This document shows positions 1 to 7,968 of a stretch of DNA of 35,263 nt, piece after piece. Source of the stretch: a virus; the IMG/VR virus record IMGVR_UViG_3300027958_000007; one strand, given 5' to 3'. The notes under the pieces were generated by a model, which saw only the letters and a program-made list of their open reading frames with translations, searched no databases and was not told where the DNA came from. A program made the translations under genes and the position numbers. Each line of letters starts with the position of its first letter. The stretch's first letter is position 1.

Positions 1-127
1 CCTGCGCCATTGTGAGCGGTCTGGCTGACGGAGGAAAGCTTTTAATATTTTTTGATGGGTTGTTTGCATTGATTTGTTTTGATTATTGGCAGATATTATG
101 GGCTAAAACGATGATGGTGCTTGCTAC
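1..127. repeat. Terminal direct repeat, copy 1 (identical to 35137-35263). Indicates a circular or terminally redundant genome with a unit length of 35,136 bp.
   Basis: Bases 1-127 match 35137-35263 base for base when read directly. Confidence 0.95.
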
Positions 128-176
128 GATAACCGCTAGAAAATAAATTCTCATGGGTTTGCGTTAATAATTACCG

Positions 177-374
177 CTATTTTTTCGTTCTGATCTCCCC
201 GCTAAGCACTTTTTTAAATTTTTCTAAGTCGGCATAAGTAAACACCCGGTAGTTGTTGAGCGGGTTGCGCCGATCCGGTAACACGCCACGCTTTTGGTAA
301 TTTCGGATCGTGTTGTGAAACACACCGGATAACTCAGCGAATTTGCTTATGTTTAAGAGTTTCTTGTTTTCCAT
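177..374 (-). CDS. MerR/excisionase-type HTH DNA-binding protein
   Basis: 65 aa. MerR-like HTH pattern: ISKFAELSGVFHNTIRNYQKRGVLP...YRVFTYADLEKF. Confidence 0.6.
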   Translation of the reverse strand: MENKKLLNISKFAELSGVFHNTIRNYQKRGVLPDRRNPLNNYRVFTYADLEKFKKVLSGEIRTKK

Positions 375-582
375 TGCTTTTCTTGGTTTCTTTAATTTTT
401 ACAATCTCGGCAAATTTCTCATGCACCCGGTCAAACATTTCCCAGCCGATCCAAAAGGGCAGTTTCACAATCCAAAAGGTGACGATAAATCCTTTCTCGG
501 GGCTGTGTTCAAGCCGTATTTTGCCATATAAGGCCTTGGCGAGTACAGATGTTTTTACAATGGTTTTTGTTGCCTTTATCAT
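334..582 (-). CDS. Hypothetical protein with a hydrophobic segment
   Basis: 82-aa ORF in the gene-dense minus-strand series. Hydrophobic stretch FIVTFWIVKLPFWIGW. Overlaps the downstream HTH gene by 41 nt. Confidence 0.4.
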   Translation of the reverse strand: MIKATKTIVKTSVLAKALYGKIRLEHSPEKGFIVTFWIVKLPFWIGWEMFDRVHEKFAEIVKIKETKKSNGKQETLKHKQIR

Positions 583-616
583 AGTTTATGATGGTTAATA
601 AATTATGTCAAATGCC

Positions 617-763
617 TTAAAAATAGGGTGTTGCTGGGGAAATTTCGCACATTTCCTCTTCGATCAAATCAATCTCTTTTTTAATCTCATCCTGTATTTT
701 TTGGTCATTTGTGCGCCTAAGCTCCAAAATTAGCAATTTGCGTTGTTGTTTTAAATTATTCAT
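617..763 (-). CDS. Small coiled-coil protein (48 aa), absent from the >=60-aa ORF track
   Basis: Hand translation: MNNLKQQRKLLILELRRTNDQKIQDEIKKEIDLIEEEMCEISPATPYF. It fills the gap between the DnaB stop (777) and the next gene. Confidence 0.45.
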   Translation of the reverse strand: MNNLKQQRKLLILELRRTNDQKIQDEIKKEIDLIEEEMCEISPATPYF

Positions 764-776
764 AGTTTTTTAAAAT

Positions 777-2060
777 TTATCGTCCATCTTTAAATTTTCC
801 GATATATCCGTCAAAACTTAATTGCACCGACCCAGTAATCCCAAATCGTTGTTTGGTAATTAAAGCGTCAATGAATACCGGCCGACGCTCTCGTTTCTTT
901 TGGTCTCGCGTTTCCCGATCATCGATGTTGATGAGCTTAATCGCTAAATCCGATGTAAATTCAATGTCTCCACTGCCCTTGTAGCCCCCAGTCTCGCTAT
1001 TTTTGGCATTTGCGGACTCGTTGGAAATTGATGAAATCGCGATCACGGGGATATCCAGCATCCGGCACAATTCTTTCAATTCGTTCACATTGGCGGATAT
1101 CCGCTCGATGGCAGTCTTAAATCTCAAGTCCGAAATCATTTGCAAATAGTCTATCACGAACAAGGCCGGTTTGCGCAACAAGGATTCTTTAATCATTGCC
1201 AGCCGTAATTTCTGCATATCCCGCATATTGTCGTAAATCGTCAACTCCATTTCGTAAACCTGTGCCTTGGCTATTTCGATCCTCTCAATTTCGGCTTGCG
1301 TCAAATCGCCTTTCAGCATTTTCATCTGGTTGATCTCGGCCAGTAAGGCAATCAGCTTCATGTAAATTTCATTTGACCCCATTTCCAGGGAAAACATCAC
1401 CACCCGCTTTTTAGCCTTTAAAATATTGGCCATGATATTTATCGCCAAGGATGTTTTGCCTGCTCCGGAATATCCGCCGATAATCGTGAGTGTCCTTGGC
1501 AATATGCCCTCGCAAATAAAATCCAAGTTATCAAATCCCGTTGACATGCCAACATAACTTTCACCGGTGGCTAGTCTCGCCCTAACTTCCTTTTCATTTT
1601 TTTCATATTCCCTTACTCCGTCCTTGGCTCCAACGGTATTGCCGGAGAATATCGACAACTCGGATAGCCCGCCGATATGATCCGCGATATTCTGCTCAAT
1701 ATTTTTATATTCAACCGACTCAATCGATCCGTAAGCCTTTTTAATATAGCTTATCGCCATACTCACCCGGTGCAATTCATCCACTGCCCTTTTCCAGTCT
1801 TGCCCGGTTAAGTAAATATTCACGAAATCATGCACCCGGATCTCTGCGTGGGTGAGTAGTGACCCAATGGTGTTTCGTGACATGACCGACTCCTTGATAA
1901 TTTCAAAGGGTTTGCTAAAAAATTGGAAATCAGTCTGGTTGAGGGAATTTATCAGCTCGATAGCCTTGTCCTTGGAAAAGTCGTTGATTATCGATCCAAC
2001 GACTTTACGCTCAAGTTCTTTCGATAGTCCGTTAAGCTTGGTTAGTTTTTTGTGGATCAT
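777..2060 (-). CDS. DnaB-family replicative DNA helicase
   Basis: 427 aa. Walker A GGYSGAGKTSLAINI, Walker B-like FVIDYLQMI, and RecA-type C-terminal domain with a DnaB-like N-terminal domain. Confidence 0.9.
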   Translation of the reverse strand: MIHKKLTKLNGLSKELERKVVGSIINDFSKDKAIELINSLNQTDFQFFSKPFEIIKESVMSRNTIGSLLTHAEIRVHDFVNIYLTGQDWKRAVDELHRVSMAISYIKKAYGSIESVEYKNIEQNIADHIGGLSELSIFSGNTVGAKDGVREYEKNEKEVRARLATGESYVGMSTGFDNLDFICEGILPRTLTIIGGYSGAGKTSLAINIMANILKAKKRVVMFSLEMGSNEIYMKLIALLAEINQMKMLKGDLTQAEIERIEIAKAQVYEMELTIYDNMRDMQKLRLAMIKESLLRKPALFVIDYLQMISDLRFKTAIERISANVNELKELCRMLDIPVIAISSISNESANAKNSETGGYKGSGDIEFTSDLAIKLINIDDRETRDQKKRERRPVFIDALITKQRFGITGSVQLSFDGYIGKFKDGR

Positions 2061-2653
2061 TTTGTTTGCGATATTTGTTTATTTCTCTCCCTAGCCCTTT
2101 GAGTTGCCTCCCTCGCCCGTTGGATATCCTCCGGCATGACATAAACCCTACCCGGTACTGCTGACTCCGGGTCAAACCTCGGCAGCGATAGCGTGCCGGG
2201 GGTTTGACTTTCGTTTTTTGAAAAATTTTTTTTCCCTTCTTTTTCTTCTTTTCTTTCTTCTCTTTCTTTAGATGTGGTTGATGGTTTGTTGATGATTTGT
2301 TGATTTGCTGGTTGATTTGCTGGTTGATTTTTTTTAGATGGTTGATAATCACTCCATTTTAACACGGTTATAATTGAATATTTGTTGGTTGATTTGATGG
2401 TTATTTGGCTGGTTGATTTTAGCTTATTTATGCAAGTGCGCATTGTTTGCTGGGAAATTTTGAGTTTTTCCGACCACTCAATTCTCCCAAAAATGCATTG
2501 ACCACTTTTTATCTTAATGCCACGCCACTCTTTATCCTCCCAACTCGCCGACAATAAAATATGCAACCAAACTGATTTTACATTTGGATCATCATACCAC
2601 TCCCAGTCCATAAATTTTTTATACAATTTTATCCACCCAGTTATTTTTTCCAT
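2057..2653 (-). CDS. Replisome organizer / DnaD-like replication initiator
   Basis: 198 aa. N-terminal WIKLYKKFMDWEWYDD... region resembles phage replisome-organizer winged-helix domains. ATGA 4-nt overlap with the helicase gene. NQPA/KE-rich low-complexity linker. Confidence 0.55.
   Translation of the reverse strand: MEKITGWIKLYKKFMDWEWYDDPNVKSVWLHILLSASWEDKEWRGIKIKSGQCIFGRIEWSEKLKISQQTMRTCINKLKSTSQITIKSTNKYSIITVLKWSDYQPSKKNQPANQPANQQIINKPSTTSKEREERKEEKEGKKNFSKNESQTPGTLSLPRFDPESAVPGRVYVMPEDIQRAREATQRARERNKQISQTK
2276..2420. repeat. Iteron-like array: six exact GGTTGAT and two TGTTGAT copies, with three longer copies (GCTGGTTGATT)
   Basis: GGTTGAT starts at 2276, 2310, 2322, 2340, 2387 and 2411. 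TGTTGAT starts at 2288 and 2298. The array is flanked by a 37-nt homopyrimidine tract (2234-2270) and an A5T8 run. Confidence 0.6.
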
Positions 2654-2657
2654 TTTA

Positions 2658-2894
2658 TTATAACCCCCAATAATTATCTTCGGTCTCTTTTTTTGTCTTG
2701 TAAACTATCTTTTCCTTAATCACTATTTTCGTCGGGATTATTGGCTGCTCGGCTCGCACTATTTTGGCATAATCTTTTAATAAGTTACTCATCGGTTCTT
2801 GCCATTTTTCTCCGGGCTTTTCGATGATTTCATGCTGGATAAATTGATAAATTTCGTTACGCTTTTGCTTTGTTGTGAGTATTTGTTCTGCCAT
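2658..2894 (-). CDS. Hypothetical early protein
   Basis: 78-aa ORF, tightly spaced within the operon. Confidence 0.5.
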   Translation of the reverse strand: MAEQILTTKQKRNEIYQFIQHEIIEKPGEKWQEPMSNLLKDYAKIVRAEQPIIPTKIVIKEKIVYKTKKETEDNYWGL

Positions 2895-2919
2895 ATAAAT
2901 TAAAATTAAAAAATAAAAA

Positions 2920-2995
2920 ACCTAGATTGGTGTCCAATAGCCCATCTTCACAAAAGGCGTCTTGAAAACCACTCTAGGTATTTCATGTGAAGATG
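2920..2995 (-). terminator. Interleaved inverted repeats followed by a U-run: candidate intrinsic terminator or attenuator
   Basis: Stem A is 2920-2930 with 2969-2979 (11 bp, 1 mismatch). Stem B is 2943-2952 with 2986-2995 (10 bp). On the minus RNA the A stem is followed by UUUUUUAUUUUUU. Confidence 0.45.
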
Positions 2996-3012
2996 TATTT
3001 TGGTTACTGTAT

Positions 3013-3384
3013 TTATTTTATTTTATCACCGCGCCCCTTATTGTCAACTGTGGATAATCTGTGCAAATCTTCCCATTTTTCTTCAAAAGTCCTGACCGAC
3101 TTGTGCCTGCCTCTCCCGGAATGGTAGCGCGGATCGGCCATGATAGCCCTCAGCGTGGGAAAATAAACATCTTCGCGGTATAAAACCGTGACGCCTTGAT
3201 ATGGATGATCAATACAAGTGGTGATTGTAAGCTTGCCCAGGCGTCCAAAATGGACGATGGCGCGGTCTTTACCCCGAGCGAGGCATATTTCCCCGGTCGT
3301 GCGGTTCAGCGCCACCTTAGTCCATTTTTGGAGGCTGGCATACTTCATAATTAACGCAAGTGGATGATTGTTTGGTACAGCCAT
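3013..3384 (-). CDS. Hypothetical protein
   Basis: 123-aa ORF between the SSB gene and the terminator-like element. No family recognised. Confidence 0.5.
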   Translation of the reverse strand: MAVPNNHPLALIMKYASLQKWTKVALNRTTGEICLARGKDRAIVHFGRLGKLTITTCIDHPYQGVTVLYREDVYFPTLRAIMADPRYHSGRGRHKSVRTFEEKWEDLHRLSTVDNKGRGDKIK

Positions 3385-3389
3385 AACAA

Positions 3390-3860
3390 TTAAAAAGGGA
3401 TCTTTGACGGATCAATCCCAGTAACCTCATTTACCGGCTCGACTGGAACGGCGGCTTGCGGTTGAGCGGCTGGTTGCGTCGCCATAGGCGCGGTGCTTTC
3501 ATCCGGATATTTATTGGCTCCGGCTCCGGATGGTTTTTGCCCCATCTGTATTTGACTGGCGATAATCTCGGTCACATATTTTGTCGTACCGTCCTTGCCC
3601 TCGTATTTTCTTGTCTCGATCTGTCCCTCGATGTAAATTTCTTGACCCTTAACGACATATTGGGCAAAAATCTCAGCTAATTTGCCCCACATAATGATGT
3701 TGTGGAATTGGGTTTTTTCGATTTTCTCGCCGGTGTTTTTATCTTTCCAGCTTGAATTGGTGGCGAGTGAGCATTTTGCCACGGTCTGACCTGTTTTGGT
3801 TGTTGTCATTTCCGGTGTGTGACACACTCGGCCGACCAAAATACACTTATTTATATTCAT
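3390..3860 (-). CDS. ssb: Single-stranded DNA-binding protein
   Basis: 156 aa. OB-fold pattern (NKCILVGRV...TQFHNIIMWGKLAEI...VYIEGQI), a P/A/Q-rich linker and the C-terminal tip DPSKIPF. Confidence 0.9.
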   Translation of the reverse strand: MNINKCILVGRVCHTPEMTTTKTGQTVAKCSLATNSSWKDKNTGEKIEKTQFHNIIMWGKLAEIFAQYVVKGQEIYIEGQIETRKYEGKDGTTKYVTEIIASQIQMGQKPSGAGANKYPDESTAPMATQPAAQPQAAVPVEPVNEVTGIDPSKIPF

Positions 3861-3882
3861 TGCGTTTGTAAATTTATTTTAA

Positions 3883-4389
3883 TTATCTTTCTTTTACTTC
3901 CCGCATCACCACCCCAGCGCCTTTGCGTTGGGTGATTTTCGGGTCGCGGACTGCGGCCGTCACTTGCTCCATTGTGAGCGTACCTTTGGCGGACAGTTTC
4001 GCGAGGTCTTTTTCCAGCTTCACTTTGCCAACTTTGAAATATTTGAAAGCGTCATCGCCCAATACCTCAAAAACATTTTCTGGCCGGTACTCTTTGGCCT
4101 GCGATCCATAACTCCGCTTGACCTCCCACTCCCGGATCTCGCCGGTTTCTTGATCGGTGATTGAGTATGATATCAAGTCAATTTGCTTTTGATCCATAAT
4201 TTCAACCGCACGCTCCTTGACCTTTTCCTTGGCTTCTTCAAGTATTTTTTCGGTATTCCGGATGAGCAGCAAGGCCTCTGCGACCTTGCTGGTATCATTC
4301 AGATAGAACCGTATTTTTTCAATGAGTCCTTTTTCTTGTTCCATAGTATTAGCAGTTATCGCAATCGCAAGTATAATCCAAAACATCAA
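3883..4389 (-). CDS. Hypothetical recombination-module protein (possibly Gp157-like)
   Basis: 168-aa ORF between the Sak4-like ATPase and SSB genes. Coiled-coil N-terminal half. The start may instead be the internal ATG at 4344. Confidence 0.4.
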   Translation of the reverse strand: MMFWIILAIAITANTMEQEKGLIEKIRFYLNDTSKVAEALLLIRNTEKILEEAKEKVKERAVEIMDQKQIDLISYSITDQETGEIREWEVKRSYGSQAKEYRPENVFEVLGDDAFKYFKVGKVKLEKDLAKLSAKGTLTMEQVTAAVRDPKITQRKGAGVVMREVKER

Positions 4390-4476
4390 TTCCCTTGCTG
4401 TCTGCGCTCACTTTCATATTCTTATCATAAATTTTGGTGCGGTTTTCAATCCCAGTAGTTATTGATTGATTATTAG

Positions 4477-5505
4477 TTACGCTGGCAATTCTACTTGGTC
4501 GATATCCACATCTTCAACTTCGCCATCGACCGGGGCGACGGGTTGGTCAACGCTTTCAATTTCCGCTTGGCGCGCTTTCTTTTCCTCTAAAACTTGAGCG
4601 CCTGTCTTTGGTTTCTTGGCTGCGTCGGCTTTGCGCTTGGCTTGCAATTCTTGGAGTTGAGTGACGATTGACATCATTTTCTTGGCTGGCATCGTCTGCA
4701 AATCTCCGTATGTTTTAATGACCCAATCCTCAGTCCCACCCATCTCGGCTAATATCGCTGACAAAGCAATTCTCGCCTCGGACTTTTCTTTCATTTCTAC
4801 CTCGACCATGCTGGCGGCACCACTCTCGCACCAAGTCCGGATCGTTGACCCCGTCTCTTCGCTGATAACAAAGTCCGGTTTCCCAGCAAATAACCCGGTT
4901 CGATCCTTTGACGCAACTGCCATGTGCTTGATGTCAATATCCAAAACCAAGGTCAACTCATAATCAACACCGTCTCGGGTGATGGCTTTCAATCCAACTT
5001 TCTCCGGGACTTGGCGACCATTCTTTTCAACCAAAACATAATCCTGTTTAGTCCGCATCGTCGCGATGATGTGGACAGGGGATTGCAACATCTTTTCAAT
5101 AAACTTGTTGTGTCTTGGGGTTAGTTTCGCCCAATTAGTAAAGCTGTTGCCAGCCATTTGGCTATGCACATCCAAGATGCCACCTTTTCCATCCCATTCA
5201 TGGGTGATTGAGTCAATAATTATCGCTTCCATTCCGGCGGTTTCACACTCTTCAATCGCTTCGATATATCTCTCCGGGGTGAAAGGCGCCTCAAGCGGTC
5301 TCACATTGTAATCCCCGAGGCTCGAGTATAAATCACCCGATCCATGCTCTGTGTCGAGGATGGCAATTTTCGACCAATCTCCGACTAACCCTTTCGCCAG
5401 CTTCAACGCTGACATGGTTTTCCCGCTTCCGCTTGACCCTGCAAGGCCAACTCGGATTTTGGCTTTTCGCCTCTCCGCTTTCCGGAGTCCGTTTTGTTGT
5501 GTCAT
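4477..5505 (-). CDS. Sak4-like / AAA_24 RecA-fold ATPase (ssDNA annealing/recombination)
   Basis: 342 aa. Walker A GLAGSSGSGKTMSAL, followed by ILDTEHGS and IIIDSITHEW, adjacent to SSB. Acidic C-terminal tail. Confidence 0.7.
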   Translation of the reverse strand: MTQQNGLRKAERRKAKIRVGLAGSSGSGKTMSALKLAKGLVGDWSKIAILDTEHGSGDLYSSLGDYNVRPLEAPFTPERYIEAIEECETAGMEAIIIDSITHEWDGKGGILDVHSQMAGNSFTNWAKLTPRHNKFIEKMLQSPVHIIATMRTKQDYVLVEKNGRQVPEKVGLKAITRDGVDYELTLVLDIDIKHMAVASKDRTGLFAGKPDFVISEETGSTIRTWCESGAASMVEVEMKEKSEARIALSAILAEMGGTEDWVIKTYGDLQTMPAKKMMSIVTQLQELQAKRKADAAKKPKTGAQVLEEKKARQAEIESVDQPVAPVDGEVEDVDIDQVELPA

Positions 5506-5550
5506 GTTTTTGTTATTATTATTTAGTAACCTTTATCAATCTTATCATAA

Positions 5551-5844
5551 CTAAATTATTGTGCAAGATTGAAATTCATCCCAGGTGAGAATGACCAAAT
5601 TTTCACCTGCATATTCACTTTCGGGGTCTGTGCTGATCACCTCGATGGTGACTTCAAAATATAATTCCCGGAAATCGTCACCGAGTTGCTTGTGTAGCAT
5701 CTCATTTTCTTTTTCCATCTGTGATGCCTGCATCCCGATAAAGCAATCGGCATGACTATGCACTTGTAGTACCTTACCGGAAAATCCCAGCTCGTCGCTT
5801 TTTATCACTTGTCCCTCTTCGGGTCTTTTGATCACTGTTATCAT
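5551..5844 (-). CDS. Hypothetical early protein
   Basis: 97-aa ORF. Its start overlaps the upstream ORF by 71 nt; an alternative ATG lies at 5733. Confidence 0.45.
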   Translation of the reverse strand: MITVIKRPEEGQVIKSDELGFSGKVLQVHSHADCFIGMQASQMEKENEMLHKQLGDDFRELYFEVTIEVISTDPESEYAGENLVILTWDEFQSCTII

Positions 5845-6067
5845 CGTCTTTGTTTTTAATAATTAGTTTTTGCCCTAAATAGAAATCTGTGCCGTTTTGT
5901 TCCCCAATATATCCGTCAACACTTTGATCGGCAATCATCCACGCCGCCTGACCAAACATCTCTATCGCTTGGCCGGAGCCGATGACGCGGAAATTTCCGC
6001 CGGTCGCTCGCAAGTGTCTGAGTTCCGGATCAGTGATCGCATCGTTGATCCATCCAAATATACTCAT
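5774..6067 (-). CDS. Hypothetical early protein
   Basis: 97-aa ORF with a charged C-terminal tail that overlaps the next gene. Confidence 0.45.
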   Translation of the reverse strand: MSIFGWINDAITDPELRHLRATGGNFRVIGSGQAIEMFGQAAWMIADQSVDGYIGEQNGTDFYLGQKLIIKNKDDDNSDQKTRRGTSDKKRRAGIFR

Positions 6068-6071
6068 AAAT

Positions 6072-6257
6072 TTATTCTAAGAATAATTTTTTTAGATCTC
6101 CGGTGGCTTCATCGACTCGGTGAATGACATACCCCTCTGACTTTAATATATTCATCATTGCCTTAATGTCATCATCCGCCTCGCTCTCAAATTCCGTAAC
6201 CTCATCGTTTTCAATATCGATCCGCATCACCTTATATTTTGACATAATTTTATTCAT
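6072..6257 (-). CDS. Hypothetical small acidic protein
   Basis: The track ORF 6072..6353 is trimmed to the internal ATG at 6257 (or 6245), so that it follows the upstream stop at 6250. Confidence 0.4.
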   Translation of the reverse strand: MNKIMSKYKVMRIDIENDEVTEFESEADDDIKAMMNILKSEGYVIHRVDEATGDLKKLFLE

Positions 6258-6492
6258 TATCAATAAAATACCGGTAACAGAAATCGTGACCGATCTCACC
6301 ATCCTCGCGCCACGCACCTTGCGGGTACATTTTGCACGGGATAAAATCAACACACTTTTCTAAATCTTCAACCTTGTCTTGATCAATTTTTTTCCAACCC
6401 AATTCGACAATCGTGTTGGCGTTCAATGTGAGTCTCGGTTTACACTCTAAAAACCGAGGATCCTCCATCGCACTGTGCAATGTTTCGTGCAT
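6250..6492 (-). CDS. Hypothetical early protein
   Basis: The track ORF 6250..6531 is trimmed to the ATG at 6492, just after the upstream stop at 6497. Confidence 0.4.
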   Translation of the reverse strand: MHETLHSAMEDPRFLECKPRLTLNANTIVELGWKKIDQDKVEDLEKCVDFIPCKMYPQGAWREDGEIGHDFCYRYFIDNE

Positions 6493-6496
6493 AGTT

Positions 6497-6712
6497 TTAT
6501 TTTTTGTTAATCTTTTTAATAGTGAGTACAAGTGTGGCGATATTATTGACCATACTCGTGAGCTGTGGTTTGAATATTCCGACCGCCTCCGGGGTTTCTA
6601 ATTGTAAGAGGGCGCAATCGAATATCAAACAAAATTCTTCCCAAGTCAAGTCCCGATATTGTCGTGACATTTCCATGCGCTCACTGACAAAATCAAAATT
6701 TCTTTTTTTCAT
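6497..6712 (-). CDS. First gene of the early operon, hypothetical
   Basis: 71 aa. Preceded by the SD-like AAAGAGGTG 7 nt upstream and by the promoter at 6781-6808. Confidence 0.55.
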   Translation of the reverse strand: MKKRNFDFVSERMEMSRQYRDLTWEEFCLIFDCALLQLETPEAVGIFKPQLTSMVNNIATLVLTIKKINKK

Positions 6713-6780
6713 GGTTTACACCTCTTTTCCATTTGTTTTCGTTCTTATTTTTTTAGTAAGGTTTGCTAACCTTTATATTC

Positions 6781-6808
6781 AGTATAACAGTGTAAAAATA
6801 TCCGTCAA
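6781..6808 (-). promoter_or_regulatory. Sigma70-type early promoter with an extended -10
   Basis: Minus strand: TTGACG (6808-6803), 16-nt spacer, TGT-TATACT (-10 at 6786-6781). It sits directly downstream of the late terminator. Confidence 0.6.
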
Positions 6809-6815
6809 GTCCAAC

Positions 6816-6841
6816 AAAAAAACCCCATTTTATGGGGTTTT
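6816..6841 (-). terminator. Rho-independent terminator closing the late (structural/lysis) operon
   Basis: CCCCAT/ATGGGG stem with a 3-nt loop (6823-6837). On the minus RNA it is followed by U7. An A-run and a T-run flank it. Confidence 0.8.
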
Positions 6842-6888
6842 CGTGCAAAAGAAAGTTTAGCATCGATGCCTAAAACCAGTATATCAAA

Positions 6889-7089
6889 TTATTTCTCAGT
6901 AAGCAATTTATACCCGGTGCGGAAAAGTGAGATAGTTGATGATTTCAAGGCTGATATCAAAAAAAGATTTGTAAAAACATCAACCCCTTGCGTATCGGCG
7001 TAAACACATATCCCCAGAAAAACAGTAACAAAGGTTTTTATAAAAGACGAGACATGTCGGCCGGCCGGGCTTTTGAAAAATTTTTCCAT
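6889..7089 (-). CDS. Small membrane protein, holin candidate
   Basis: 66 aa with two hydrophobic segments (FIKTFVTVFLGICVY and LFLISALKSSTISLF). Last gene of the lysis cassette. Confidence 0.45.
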   Translation of the reverse strand: MEKFFKSPAGRHVSSFIKTFVTVFLGICVYADTQGVDVFTNLFLISALKSSTISLFRTGYKLLTEK

Positions 7090-7093
7090 AATA

Positions 7094-7417
7094 TTATTTA
7101 TCCATATTTTTTAAGTGCATATCAAGGATGGTGGCGGTGCGCTCAAGCTGTTTTGTAATTATCTGATGTTCCGCTGAATTTTCCTTGGTCTCGCTTTCCT
7201 GCAATGTTTTCAGTTCACCCATACTCTGTTCGATGGTATGTAAGTGATTTGATTTGATATTGTTGATATCATATTCAATCGACTTGATCGGGAATATCAC
7301 GAAAGCGATAAATGAATAAACAACGGCCACGATAGCGACAATCTGCGCGATCTCATTTTGCAATACTTTTTTGATTTTATTGTGGTCATCCGCTCGTCGC
7401 TGTGGTGTTTCTTCCAT
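7094..7417 (-). CDS. Single-pass membrane protein with a coiled-coil tail (holin or lysis accessory)
   Basis: 107 aa. TM segment IAQIVAIVAVVYSFIAFVIFPI, immediately downstream of the endolysin candidate. Confidence 0.45.
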   Translation of the reverse strand: MEETPQRRADDHNKIKKVLQNEIAQIVAIVAVVYSFIAFVIFPIKSIEYDINNIKSNHLHTIEQSMGELKTLQESETKENSAEHQIITKQLERTATILDMHLKNMDK

Positions 7418-7422
7418 GGTTT

Positions 7423-7950
7423 TTATTTCGCTTTAAAAATTCGATAGGAAAAATATTTGCTTCGCCAGTTTTCGTCATGCACAAGTTTTTCATAATAATT
7501 TATGGCACGCTTTATTCCTCCCAACGGATCGAGGATATAATTTCCAGCCGGATCATAAACTCTAACAACAAAGTGCTGTTGTTTCCCGGCACGGTATGAA
7601 TAATCGACTTCTTTTATGGTAGGGGTCTTAATACCCATATCCTCCGGCGCCTCTCCGATGTTCCTAAATACGCCCTTATATTCCCAATCTAATTCGTCAC
7701 AAACCTTTTGCAAAATAAGCGATGCGCCAGTAAAACATCCAGCTTTTTTCAGTCGCTCATTCATTTCCGGCGGGGTGATCTCTTTGCCGGTCAAAAATTG
7801 ATAGACGCTCGTTATCGAAGTCAAAAGGCATCCATCGCTTGCGATAGTGCAATCTTTGCTATTACCTAAAAATACCTTTGGATAATCAAGTTGGCTGTAA
7901 ATTTTAAGCGTGCGCGGTTCTTCGTAGCCGCATTTTGGGCATTTTTGCAT
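7423..7950 (-). CDS. Putative endolysin: papain-like (C39-like) cysteine peptidase with an N-terminal CxxC
   Basis: 175 aa. Candidate catalytic Cys in ASDGCLLTSITSV and a downstream QHFVVRVYD His. Position lies between the tail fibers and the holin-like genes. Confidence 0.5.
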   Translation of the reverse strand: MQKCPKCGYEEPRTLKIYSQLDYPKVFLGNSKDCTIASDGCLLTSITSVYQFLTGKEITPPEMNERLKKAGCFTGASLILQKVCDELDWEYKGVFRNIGEAPEDMGIKTPTIKEVDYSYRAGKQQHFVVRVYDPAGNYILDPLGGIKRAINYYEKLVHDENWRSKYFSYRIFKAK

Positions 7951-7968
7951 ATTGGTTTTGATTAAAAA

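Noticed and set aside
177-582. A small unknown gene followed by an HTH gene, considered as an acr-aca style anti-CRISPR locus, or as evidence for lysogeny.
   Set aside because: The upstream protein has a strongly hydrophobic, membrane-like segment, unlike known Acr proteins. No integrase, repressor pair or att-like sequence is visible. A single MerR/Xis-type HTH is not enough to support either idea.
2276-2420. Tandem and dispersed repeats here and at 17402-17572, considered as a CRISPR-like array.
   Set aside because: The units are 7-33 bp, lie inside coding sequence, have no unique spacers of constant length, and no cas genes are present.
4893-4912. GGTTCGATCC, a tRNA T-arm-like string.
   Set aside because: It lies inside the Sak4-like CDS. 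The flanking bases do not form a T-stem, acceptor stem or anticodon arm, and I recognised no tRNA anywhere in the window.
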